DNA of 63,498 nt, the filler included, from Asterionella formosa (lineage: Eukaryota): the NCBI GenBank assembly GCA_002256025.1. It is 18 parts of 18 records of this genome, joined end to end, with 100 filler letters (N's around TTAATTAATTAA, not from the genome) between each part and the next. Parts side by side here need not be neighbours in the genome. Positions count along the whole stretch, not along the records: positions 23,577 to 44,295 come from NKIB01003273.1; positions 44,396 to 45,670 come from NKIB01003274.1; positions 45,771 to 47,045 come from NKIB01003275.1; positions 47,146 to 48,419 come from NKIB01003276.1; positions 48,520 to 49,794 come from NKIB01003277.1; 13 more parts are not named here. The stretch is one strand, 5' to 3'. The notes beneath the pieces were generated by a model, which saw nothing but the letters and a program-made list of their open reading frames with translations, had not been told where the DNA came from and did no database searches. The stretch's first letter is position 1. Every line of letters starts with the position of its first letter. A program made the translations under genes and the position numbers. Positions 39,029-49,235 of the stretch are shown here, one piece after another.

Positions 39029-41035
39029 TTATCCGCCTATTTCCCTTCTAATTTGTGGAGAGTGCAAGGATTTACAAGATTGTAGAAGACCCAAGAAAAG
39101 AGGGCTTGGTTTCTCGGGACGACTTGTGAACTCAGGATGAAATTGTGCACCGACGAAATAGGGATGATCCACTTCCTCAAGCTCAATAATCTCCATCCGC
39201 TCGCCACTACTGTCAGTGTTCCTTCCTACAAAGCGAAGCCCCGCATCTTCCAGGTCATTGACCATTAACGGATTAACTTCATATCGATGACGATGCCGCT
39301 CCATTATTTTCTCCTTATCATAGAGCTTCCGACTTATGGATCCATCCTTCAGAACCGTCTCACGTGCACCAAGTCTCATCGTTCCTCCCATTCGTTCGCG
39401 ATCGCCTTCTGGCATGAAAATGACAGCGTCTTCAATATTTTTAACCAGATCTGACGCCAACTCTGATGTATGGGCACGTTCTCTACCGAGGACATTTCGG
39501 CAATACTCAATGACAGCGGCTTGCATTCCCAGGCAAATCCCGAGGAAAGGGGTCTTGGATTCTCTCGCGTATTTTATTGCTGCTACTTTGCCCTCGAAAC
39601 CCCTACCTCCGAACCCACCGGGCACTACAATACCGCTGCAATTGCGTAACCGTTCCCACGCTTGATCCGAACAGTCCCCTTCGAGATCAGATGCATCGAT
39701 CCATTCAATTTTAAGCCGCTGACGAGTGGCGATTGCAGAATGTGTCAGTGCTTTCACAACGGAGAGATACGCATCACCTTGATCGCAATATTTGCCAACC
39801 ATTGCGATGCGGCATTCGCATTCGGGGTTGTCGACACTATCCGCTAGGCTTTTCCAGCTCGCTATAAATGGGTTGCTGTTCATGCTTGTTAGTTTTGGGG
39901 CAGAAGCATAGTTCATCTTACCCTTGTGGGTAAAAGGTGCAAGGCGAAGTCTTCGTGCCAACATAGCAGGCAAGTTCTGTTCAATCATCATAAGTGGGAC
40001 TCTATAAATGTTTGAGACATCATGCAGGGACATGATAGCGTTCTCGGGGACCGAACAAAACAGAGAAAGCTTTCGTCTCGTTCCAGCTTCCAAAGGCTCA
40101 GTTCCGCGACAAGCTAGAAAATCGGGACGCAAACCAAGAGACATCATTTGCTTGACCGAATGTTGTGTGGGCTTTGTCTTTTGCTCGCTAGGCGAACCAA
40201 GTACAGGAACAAGCGACACATGAACAAAACACATGTTCTACAGATTGAAAAAAGGACTGAGATGATTGGAGGTATGCAAATGGATCAATGCCCTTATGTG
40301 ACATAGCCTTACCTTATAGCCAATATTTTCTTGCAGTTGACGCAAGGCTTCAACAAACGGGCCACCTTCAATATCTCCTAAAGTGCCTCCAAGCTCTACA
40401 ATGCATACCTCTGGCGCCAAGTGTGCACTCTTTCCATCCTTCGGCGCCGATGAAAAATGGGCTACGGGAGTCTTTGCCACCTTCAGGACCCACTCTTGAA
40501 TTGCATCCGAAACGTGAGGCACTACTTGAACAGTTTTTCCTAGATAGGCTCCAACTCTTTCCTTCTCAATCACCTGCTGGTATATCTTTCCAGTAGAAAG
40601 GTTGCTGTCCTTTGTCAAACAAACACTCAGGAATCGTTCATAGTTACCCAAATCTAAATCTGTCTCTCCTCCATCGTCGAGAACAAACACCTCTCCATGC
40701 TCAAAGGGACTCATTGTTCCTGCATCGACATTCAGGTAGGGATCAATCTTAAGAGCAGTGACACGCAATCCCATGGCTCGAAAGAGGACACCAATACTCG
40801 ACGCTGTCACACCTTTCCCTATTCCTGACAAGACCCCTCCGGTCACAACCACGATCTTTCTGTTTGCAGAAATAGCTTCTTTCACAAGCTCCGATAATTC
40901 ATCCGACGTAGATGAGCCTCCTCTAATGGGAGAGATTAGATCTGTATTCTTTCGTTGGCTTTTGTCCGTGGAAGGACCTTTCCAAGCGTGGCAAATGCCG
41001 ACGAAGAAAAGGAAGTAGACACAACGAACATTCAT
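39029..41035 (-). CDS. CTPS: CTP synthase with an N-terminal bipartite presequence, 2 exons (41035-40313 and 40237-39029), 643 aa
   Basis: Motifs [64 protein letters not shown] and QFHPE. A 75-nt phase-0 GTAAGG...TAG intron is present. Confidence 0.97.
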
Positions 41036-41650
41036 CTTAAAAATCAGCGTGCCTCGATCGTGTGGAGCATCAAATAAATGGTGAAAAGAAAGAATTCAGA
41101 ACGAAAAATCAAGCGACTTATTGTTGCCGACGATCGAGTGACCAACAATGATGGTGATGCGACAGCTCATTGTCCTTGTGATCGATCGGGGAGGAATGAT
41201 TTTGCAGTACCTGGGTACCGATGGATAGATGGTTCCGCATGCACGGTGATCTTTATGCCTGTCGGTCGTCACTGCAAGTATTCATGTTCGCTTTACATAC
41301 CGGTATCTATATACCGGTAGACCCGGGTGTGTACGTTGCAAATGCATTTACCAGTACCAGTATGTATACAGTTATGCGTGAGTGATTAGCAAGCAACATT
41401 GTTGTACTGTAGCAAACTATATAAACTGGTAGATTTATACAGGTACAAGAATTTATATTTAAATAACCATTACAAATCTAATTGCTGCTGACTGTCCTCC
41501 AAGAACTTGTTATCCTTCCTTGCACCCTTTGATCATCTTGTGATGGGTGCGGTAGTCACTTAACACATCATCAGCATCATCACTAGACTGATCGTATGTT
41601 CCATTGTGTCGTACAGTTACTTTTCCCTGATCATCAGCGCATGTAGGAGT

Positions 41651-42952
41651 ATGACAATTTCATTTGTCGTCATCGCCGGTGCACTTGTTGTTGCGCCAGC
41701 CCAAGGTGTGCTGGGGTTTGTCGGACTACCATCGCGCAGAAAACTACTGAACTTGCGAGCGTCCTCGCCAGAGCTTTCCGATGACGAAGGCGACGAGCTG
41801 ATTCAAAGAATGACCAAGAACTTTTTCGGGTCCAACCCGCCTCTCAATCCTTTCGAAAGAGTCAACCGACCGAATAAATTGGATGTCTATGATGTGTCGG
41901 AACTACAGACTTTGTGGAATATTCACGAACGAAACAAACAGGTTTTTAAAGCCGAGCAAGATGTGCAATCTATAGATGGAACAAATGTTCTCTCGATGCA
42001 TGGCCTGATTCTGCAATCACTTGGTGAGACGCTGGCAGAAAACACTGAACCCGCTTCCATACTTTTGGATTGGATGGACGATAACACAAAACAAAAAATT
42101 GCCAATGTGCGAGCAATTGCTTCGGATGTTGACGGCACGCTCTTGACATCCAAAATGACCTTACATCCTCGCACCAAACAAGCTATTCAAAGATCATTAG
42201 CGGCGGCTAGATCGCCCCTTCAACCGATACAATGGTTTTTCCCAGCCACTGGCAAGAGCCGAAAGGGTGCACTTGATAGTTTAGGCCCTGAAATAGGGGC
42301 TTTGCTTGCAACCGCACCGGGCGTATTTCTTCAGGGCCTTTACTGTGTCGACGAAAAGGGCCAAATCGTCTTTGAACAACGACTTCCGGCAACGGCAGTC
42401 GATGAAGTGGAACGCCTTGTTGCTGAATTAGAGTTTTCGATGGTAGCATACGATGGGGATGATTTGTATACTACTCAAGTCACAGCATCGGTCCGAGAGC
42501 TTCATGAGCTCTATGGTGAACCAATGCCCGTCCTCTTGTCTGGTGCTATATCTGATCATGCTCCTGGAGTGCACAAAATATTGTTAATGGATCCAGATCC
42601 AAAAAAACTCAACATGATCAGACCCAAGTTGGAAGCCTTGGCAGCGGCAAATAATGCATGCGTGACACAGGCAATACCAACAATGCTGGAGTTGCTACCA
42701 CATGGTTGTTCCAAAGCATTGGGTGTCCGGAAACTATGCGAGAAACTTGGTATTGATATGGAAACACAGCTCCTTGCAATCGGCGACGCTGAAAATGATG
42801 TTCTGATGCTTCAACAGGCATCCATTGGTGTCGCAATGGGAAATGCGAGCCCAATTGCAAAGGAGGCTGCTGATTTTGTCATGGATGAAACTAATAATGA
42901 TGGAGGTGCAGGGGCAGCTATCGAAGTGTTTGGATTCGGTCAGTTGCTTTAA
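41651..42952 (+). CDS. Cof-type HAD-superfamily hydrolase with a putative plastid presequence
   Basis: Motif I ASDVDGTLL, motif II ATGK, motif III SKALG and motif IV IGDAENDVLML..GVAMGNA. ATG at 41651 is followed by a hydrophobic signal and VLG|FVGL. Confidence 0.92.
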   Translation: MTISFVVIAGALVVAPAQGVLGFVGLPSRRKLLNLRASSPELSDDEGDELIQRMTKNFFGSNPPLNPFERVNRPNKLDVYDVSELQTLWNIHERNKQVFKAEQDVQSIDGTNVLSMHGLILQSLGETLAENTEPASILLDWMDDNTKQKIANVRAIASDVDGTLLTSKMTLHPRTKQAIQRSLAAARSPLQPIQWFFPATGKSRKGALDSLGPEIGALLATAPGVFLQGLYCVDEKGQIVFEQRLPATAVDEVERLVAELEFSMVAYDGDDLYTTQVTASVRELHELYGEPMPVLLSGAISDHAPGVHKILLMDPDPKKLNMIRPKLEALAAANNACVTQAIPTMLELLPHGCSKALGVRKLCEKLGIDMETQLLAIGDAENDVLMLQQASIGVAMGNASPIAKEAADFVMDETNNDGGAGAAIEVFGFGQLL

Positions 42953-43016
42953 CTTGCTACTTGTTATCGGGAGAAGCAAACAGTCTTTATTATCAACGTG
43001 TTGCGAATACACGGCA

Positions 43017-44186
43017 TTAGCTTTCATCCTCCTCCATCATACGTAGCTTGTCGACAACTTCATCCATTGCTGATCTCAAATTCAAAATAGTATCCATTGA
43101 GTTCTGGTTGTACTTGTAAAGACCGTAGAACAAATCAAAACTATCTGCGGTTGTGCTGTCCACAACTTTAAGCACAGACTCGAACCCCTTCGTGTCAATA
43201 GGTGTTTTGGCGAGCCCCTGAGCACCAAGAATTCTTCCCATTAAGTGCGTGACAAACTGAGAGTTGGCAGCATAAGCATCGTGCTCGTGACAGGTCATCG
43301 GGATCATGCGACAGCCTTCTTCCTCCCAGATGGATAGGAATCGCTCCATTCTGTCCATGCCTTCGACATGAAAGGTACTGTCCTTGTCGGCTCCTTTTGG
43401 GGTAGAACCAGGATCAAGAACCACATTGTCGATTCTCGTCTTCTCGTATACAAAGTTTAGTCCGAACCAGCTATCCTTTCCAGAGTCTGGTCCAAACATT
43501 GGGTGTGTGCACAGAATGTCACATTCAGGGGGCAGCAAATCCAACATCACTTGTCTTGCGTGCTCTTTGACACTCAAGACGTCCACAATAAGTGGTCCTT
43601 GAGCCCTGATATCTTTGGTCGACCTTATTGCTATATCCCGCTTGAGATGAGGAACCAGATCCTTCAACGTGTCTTCAAAGCTCAAAATTGAGACGGCCAC
43701 AACAATAACATCAAGACCTTGGGCCACGAATGCGCCTTGGTCTGAAAGGGGAATGTACTTGACTCCCATTCCATTCGCAATATCAGTATAATCCGATCGA
43801 GAGGTAACCACAACGTTGCCATATTTTTGAAACGAGCGAGCAATAAACTGGCCGAAGCGTCCAAAACCGACAACTCCAATCGTTAGCGGTCGCGACCGTA
43901 TCGCAGAGAGCTTCTCAGTTCTGATTTCTGCCAGCATTTTGGACAGCTCAGCTTCCCGTTGCTTCAGTTCTTCTAGCCTTCCAGCAGATACCGGCTGCTC
44001 ATTACCATCGGATTCTGGCCGTGGAATGACTGGGAGTACCATGCTGCCTTCTGCCTTGCCAATCTTATTCGTGGGACAAGCGGCCGCATTTTCTGCCCTA
44101 CTCATGAAGGCGTTTCCACCGATAAAGATAAAAAAATCGAATAGAGCAAGCAGCAGCAAGAGTCGTGGAGGAGAACAAGATCTCAT
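43017..44186 (-). CDS. tyrA: Arogenate/prephenate dehydrogenase (TyrA, plant TyrAa-like) with a putative plastid presequence
   Basis: Rossmann motif GVVGFGRFGQ, then DVLSVKE, CTHPMFGPDSGK, EHD..AANSQFVTH, TPIDTKGF and DSFDLFYGL. The signal peptide ends GNA|FMS. Confidence 0.93.
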   Translation of the reverse strand: MRSCSPPRLLLLLALFDFFIFIGGNAFMSRAENAAACPTNKIGKAEGSMVLPVIPRPESDGNEQPVSAGRLEELKQREAELSKMLAEIRTEKLSAIRSRPLTIGVVGFGRFGQFIARSFQKYGNVVVTSRSDYTDIANGMGVKYIPLSDQGAFVAQGLDVIVVAVSILSFEDTLKDLVPHLKRDIAIRSTKDIRAQGPLIVDVLSVKEHARQVMLDLLPPECDILCTHPMFGPDSGKDSWFGLNFVYEKTRIDNVVLDPGSTPKGADKDSTFHVEGMDRMERFLSIWEEEGCRMIPMTCHEHDAYAANSQFVTHLMGRILGAQGLAKTPIDTKGFESVLKVVDSTTADSFDLFYGLYKYNQNSMDTILNLRSAMDEVVDKLRMMEEDES

Positions 44187-44395
44187 GTAATGGTAAACTA
44201 TAATGAATCAGGGGGTGCGGCAAAGTAGAATGTTTGACATTATCGTCAACATCAGCCATGGGACAAAAACGATTGGCTTTCCTTGCCAAGAAGATNNNNN
44301 NNNNNNNNNNNNNNNNNNNNNNNNNNNNNNNNNNNNNNNTTAATTAATTAANNNNNNNNNNNNNNNNNNNNNNNNNNNNNNNNNNNNNNNNNNNN

Positions 44396-45670
44396 AGTCT
44401 GCTAACATTGCATCCGATGGACAGTACTTGATTTGTACTTCCTTTCTTTCAATAAGATCAGTAATATAAAAATATTTGATGTTGAAATGTCGCGTGCGTT
44501 TTCCTGAACTTGCTTTTCCATTTGCTTCTAGCTTCATTGCGCTAGTGTTGTCACGGTAAATGACATTCGTAGTCACCTTGTGTCCTTGTGCTTCAATAAA
44601 TAATTTCGTCCACAACACCTTTGATATGATGTCATCGACACCAACCAACTCAGCTTCAGTCGAACTTCTGGTGTTCACTTTCTGTTTCGTGGACATAGAA
44701 CAAATAATTCCGTTTCCAAGTGACATTGTAGCTCCTGTGTGACTTTTAAAATCTTTGTGCACTGCAAACGCCGCATCAACGTACCATTTAATGCTCTGAG
44801 TGTCATCAGCACTCATAGATGCAACCTCGTCTTGAGTTGCTTTCAAGAAATTCATGATCTTGACTAATTTTACCCAATCGCCTTCATTCGGTTTGGTAGT
44901 TCGGGTTGCCAGAAATGCAATTCCTGGTTGTATGTCCTGTCTTCCTCGCTTACATAGGAACATTCCTTTCATAACAAAAGTATGAAATATTTTTGCTTTT
45001 TCATATTCAAGCTTCTTTGATTTTGTATCAACTGTGAACAATTTATCTGTCCAAGGGAATTTTCCAACACCTTCAAGTTTCACTGGAAAATCATCAATCA
45101 TTGATTTGACATATTTGGTCATGTCCACCCTCAACACTCCTGGAAGAGAGTAATCTAGCATCATAGCCAAATAATCATGCTTCTTTCCACGCATGACCTT
45201 GACTTCACCAATTTCGTCAGAAGCGTATTTCTTTTTGAGCCATTCCAAAAATTGATCATTCACTTTGCTGTCCACGTGACTTGATTTCAAATCGTCTACG
45301 TGCCAAGTAACTGTGTGCTGTTTGCCATTAACAATGCGATTTGCAACACATGGATCATATGGGTTTACCTTGAATCCAATTGACTCAATATCCTTCCGAA
45401 ATTTCTTGTAATATAATAATGATGACTGTAACATGCAATATAATGCCTTGATCATCATAACATATAGGACCTTGTTGTTCCCTTCATAAACAACATATTT
45501 TTCATAAGTCTCGGGGCTGAGTTCTGTCAACATATTGACAAGCAAACCTCTAATCTTCATAATGATTCGTTCCCCTTTTTCTTTCTCATCGATATCCACT
45601 TGCACAAATGCATTGGGTATATCTGCAGTCATAACATCGCGATTTTGCTTCGCATCAATTGTTGCTGTTA
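44396..45670 (-). mobile_element. Ty1/Copia pol fragment (RT plus RNase H), uninterrupted ORF
   Basis: Motifs ADIPNAFVQ, KALY, NPYDPCV, WHVDDLKSSH, WYVDAAFAVH..SHTG, RSSTEAEL, DNTSA and RTRHFNIKYF. Confidence 0.95.
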
Positions 45671-45770
45671 NNNNNNNNNNNNNNNNNNNNNNNNNNNNNN
45701 NNNNNNNNNNNNNNTTAATTAATTAANNNNNNNNNNNNNNNNNNNNNNNNNNNNNNNNNNNNNNNNNNNN

Positions 45771-46619
45771 AGCTTCCTTGTTCAATCGGAGCATTTGTAG
45801 CTGGAGTGCTGGTGCCAACAGGAGCAGCAGTTGTGGAAACAGGAGCATCAGAAACCGCAACAGGAGTAATAGTTCCAGATCCTGAAATTTGAGATGATGG
45901 TGATAGTGTTACTGGAGCTTGAGTAATCGGATCCATTGTGGCGACAGGGGCTAATGTAATTGGACTGTTAGTAGCAGGAATCACTGGAGCAGCAGTTGTG
46001 GGTACCTCAGTATTTACCACTGGAGGATTCACAGGAGTCGCAGAGCTTCCTTGCTCAATCGGAGCATTTGTAGCTGGAGTGCTGGTGCCAACAGGAGCAG
46101 CAGTTGTGGAAACAGGAGCATCAGAAACCGCAACAGGAGTAATAGTTCCAGATCCTGAAATTTGAGATGATGGTGATAGTTTTACTGGAGCTTGAGTAAT
46201 CGGATCCATTGTGGCGACAGGGGCTAATGTAGTTGGACTGTTAGTAGCAGGAATCACTGGAGCAGCAGTTGTGGGTACCTCAGTATTTACCACTGGAGGA
46301 TTCACAGGAGTCGCAGAGCTTCCTTGCTCAATCGGAGCATTTGTAGCTGGAGTGCTGGTGCCAACAGGAGCAGCAGTTGTGGAAACAGGAGCATCAGAAA
46401 CCGCAACAGGAGTAATAGTTCCAGATCCTGAAATTTGAGATGATGGTGATAGTGTTACTGGAGCTTGAGTAATCGGATCCATTGTGGCGACAGGGGCTAA
46501 TGTAATTGGACTGTTAGTAGCAGGAATCACTGGAGCAGCAGTTGTGGGTACCTCAGTATTTACCACTGGAGGATTCACAGGAGTCGCAGAGCTTCCTTGT
46601 TCAATCGGAGCATTTGTAG
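45771..46619. repeat. 273-bp (91-aa) coding tandem repeat, at least 3.1 near-identical units
   Basis: AGCTTCCTTG unit starts are at 45771, 46044, 46317 and 46590. The array is cut by the contig end. Confidence 0.97.
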
Positions 46620-47045
46620 TTGGATTGCTGGTGCTGGGAGATCTTTCGGAAGCAGTCAGGAAGAATCGAGAGTAGAAATACTCGCTCACATCCGAAACTG
46701 CACTGTTGGAAACGACCACAGTTACATCCAATGGCATATTGTTTGCAACAGCGTCTACATTAAAGAATGCTGTTATTGTTGCCTTTTCGTTATTATTGGT
46801 GTGAGTAACCCCACCCACGCCTATGGAGGTACATAAAGGTGATATCTGCAACTCAGTGTTTGAAGGGTTTTCCAGGAATGCTTGGTCGGTCATGACATCA
46901 GTCTCGCCTAATCTCATAAGGAATCCCTTAAATGTCTTGATATTAGCAGTGATGGTCAAGGCGGTGTTGATGGTTGCGGGGAAAGTGGAAACAGTATCTG
47001 GAACCAGCTGGATGCTTCCAGTTTCTATGTTATATAGGGAGACCG
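45771..47045 (-). CDS. Partial gene: Reeler-like domain followed by a Pro/Thr/Ser-rich tandem-repeat stalk
   Basis: The frame is open across the contig. FKGFLMRL...C...GGVTHTNNNEK...LDVTVVVSN...YFYSRF is followed by TxAP-rich repeats. Confidence 0.75.
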
Positions 47046-47180
47046 NNNNNNNNNNNNNNNNNNNNNNNNNNNNNNNNNNNNNNNNNNNNTTAATTAATTA
47101 ANNNNNNNNNNNNNNNNNNNNNNNNNNNNNNNNNNNNNNNNNNNNGTAATTTTATTTCCTGACACCTCCCATGCTTCAGA

Positions 47181-48419
47181 ATGGTAGAACTGGATGGAGA
47201 CCTGCTATCCACAAATGATCTAGTTGCGCACAGGGTGTCGGCGACGATTGAAGGCATGGACACTGTTCACCGTGACGCATTGGAACAACAAGGTTCAGAT
47301 TCATTTGATGGCTTAACTCCACAGGAAAAGCTTATGAAGGAGGAGGAACAATCCTTTTATTCAGCGTCAGAGACCGGGCAAGGAGACGACAACATATGGG
47401 GTCTTTTGAGTGGGGTGGGAGGAAACATTTACGAGTGGTAAGTTGGAGTTTGTCAGGTTCCTGTTGCAGGCACATTGATGAGGATGATTTCCCAAATTTG
47501 ATAGTAGATTCATAGCCAAAACAATGCTGACGGCTAAGACATTCTTTGATGCTGACTCTCAACTGCATTCTAATGAGTCCTTGCGTTTCACTAGTCTCCT
47601 CTGACTCTTTTTCTGTCGCTCGTTCAGGTATGACTTCGCTGTCTACGGTCTCCTTGCACCTGAAATCGGTCATGCGTTCTTCCCAGACTCATCAAAAGAG
47701 CTCCAGCTGATCAACTCATTCGGTGTTTACCTTGCTGCTTTTTTAATGCGGTAAGAAATTCGGAACTGGCAAAATTCCTACTTCTAACCCTCCTAGACTA
47801 ACCCGTCCTAGACCCCTGGGAGCCATTCTTTTTGGAGAAATGGGTGACAGACTCGTCGGTAGAAAGAACGCTCTTGTATTTTCCATAGTGTTGATTACGG
47901 TACCCTCTGTTATGATGGGGTTGTTGCCAACTTATGAAATGTGGGGTGTCGCTGCTCCTATCTGCCTTGTTATTCTGCGGATGTTGCAAGGACTGAGTGT
48001 TGGCGGACAATTGGCAGGCAGTTATGTAATAAGCATTGAGCAAAGTTCGGCCTCCAATCGAGGATTCCGTGGAAGCATTTGCGAGGCCAGCTCGGTAGGT
48101 AATGCACCGATTGACTCAATTCAGTATGGTCGGCCAACTTGTGCTCACTTACACAACTTCTCACTGGCATAGGTTGGTGGATTTCTCCTTGCGTCCACTG
48201 TAACGACAATCGTGCGTAGCTTTCTGAACGAAGACCAAGTTGTTGCATGGGGTTGGCGCATTCCTTTCTGGTTTTCCCTTTTTCTTGCGCCAGTTTTGTA
48301 CCATATTGTCAAGAACACTGAAGAGTCTAAGTTGTGGTCCGAGCGAAACGAGCAAAAGGAAACAGAAAAAATCATTCGCGGAAGCGAAGAAAATAGTCAA
48401 CCTGCAGTCTTCGATCTCT
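47181..48419 (+). CDS. MFS transporter of the metabolite:H+ symporter (ProP-like) family, 5' part with 3 introns
   Basis: Exons 47181-47437, 47628-47750, 47812-48094 and 48173->48419 splice through GT-AG introns to give GNIYEWYDFAVYG...FLMRPLGAILFGEMGDRLVGRK...LRMLQGLSVGGQ...WGWRIPF. Confidence 0.92.
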
Positions 48420-48519
48420 NNNNNNNNNNNNNNNNNNNNNNNNNNNNNNNNNNNNNNNNNNNNTTAATTAATTAANNNNNNNNNNNNNNNNNNNNNNNNN
48501 NNNNNNNNNNNNNNNNNNN

Positions 48520-49235
48520 GTGTCATCCTCATCAATAGAGGGACAAGTGTCCTTCATCATTGCGGTTTGCCACTGGAAAAATTGGTACACGTGGTATTGT
48601 CATTCGCTCGTTGGAACCACTGTCCGTTGCCTCAAACCTGATTAGCGTGTGTGCATGTGCACTATCGACTTGTGTGCATTACAGGAGTGACTTAGCTACT
48701 AAAGTGCGCGTTATAATATCATTCTCCGTAGTACGATGCAGAATACTACAGTTCCCAATCATCTCATCATGATTGATAAGATGATACTGTGATATCACGA
48801 TAGGGTGACATCGATGCATACATCACCAAAGTATGGTATGAAATATTGAATAAAGTATATCACATAGCTATGATGCATTGATCATAGAACTATGATGATT
48901 TCTTAAAATGTTAATGATATAATTTTAATCAAAATATGATTATGTTAAAATAATACAATGACAATAAAATACGATAAAATATGTGCGCAAGTGTTATCGA
49001 TACATCACAGAAAATAAATAAATCATAATTATGTTACGTAATATATAAATTCGACTTTTAATGTATACAGTAAAAGCCAACAGTTAACATGATAGTATTA
49101 TATGGTGGATAGGATCTAAGTATACGGATGCAGTGATATGTACATCACTATTATATGATTTGTGAAATATATTGATGCATATCACATACCGGTATCCTCA
49201 ACAACCAGCCATCACATTCATTGTCATGTCGTTTT
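48520..49235 (+). repeat. Dispersed repeat of about 700 bp (inverted homolog at 58465-59190)
   Basis: CATTCGCTCGTTGGAACCACTGTCCGTTGCCTCAAACCTGATTAGCG and CACATACCGGTATCCTCAACAACCAGCCATCAC occur reverse-complemented in the 58129-59399 contig, with colinear AT-rich sequence between them. Confidence 0.9.

Noticed and set aside
45290..45310. HVDD instead of YVDD in the Copia RT as a sign of inactivation
   Set aside because: Both catalytic Asp residues are intact, the ORF is uninterrupted, and I recall this variant as common in diatom Copia elements.
45938..46675. Three repeated plus-strand hydrophobic 63-75 aa ORFs
   Set aside because: They are antisense shadows of the Pro/Thr-rich repeat gene.
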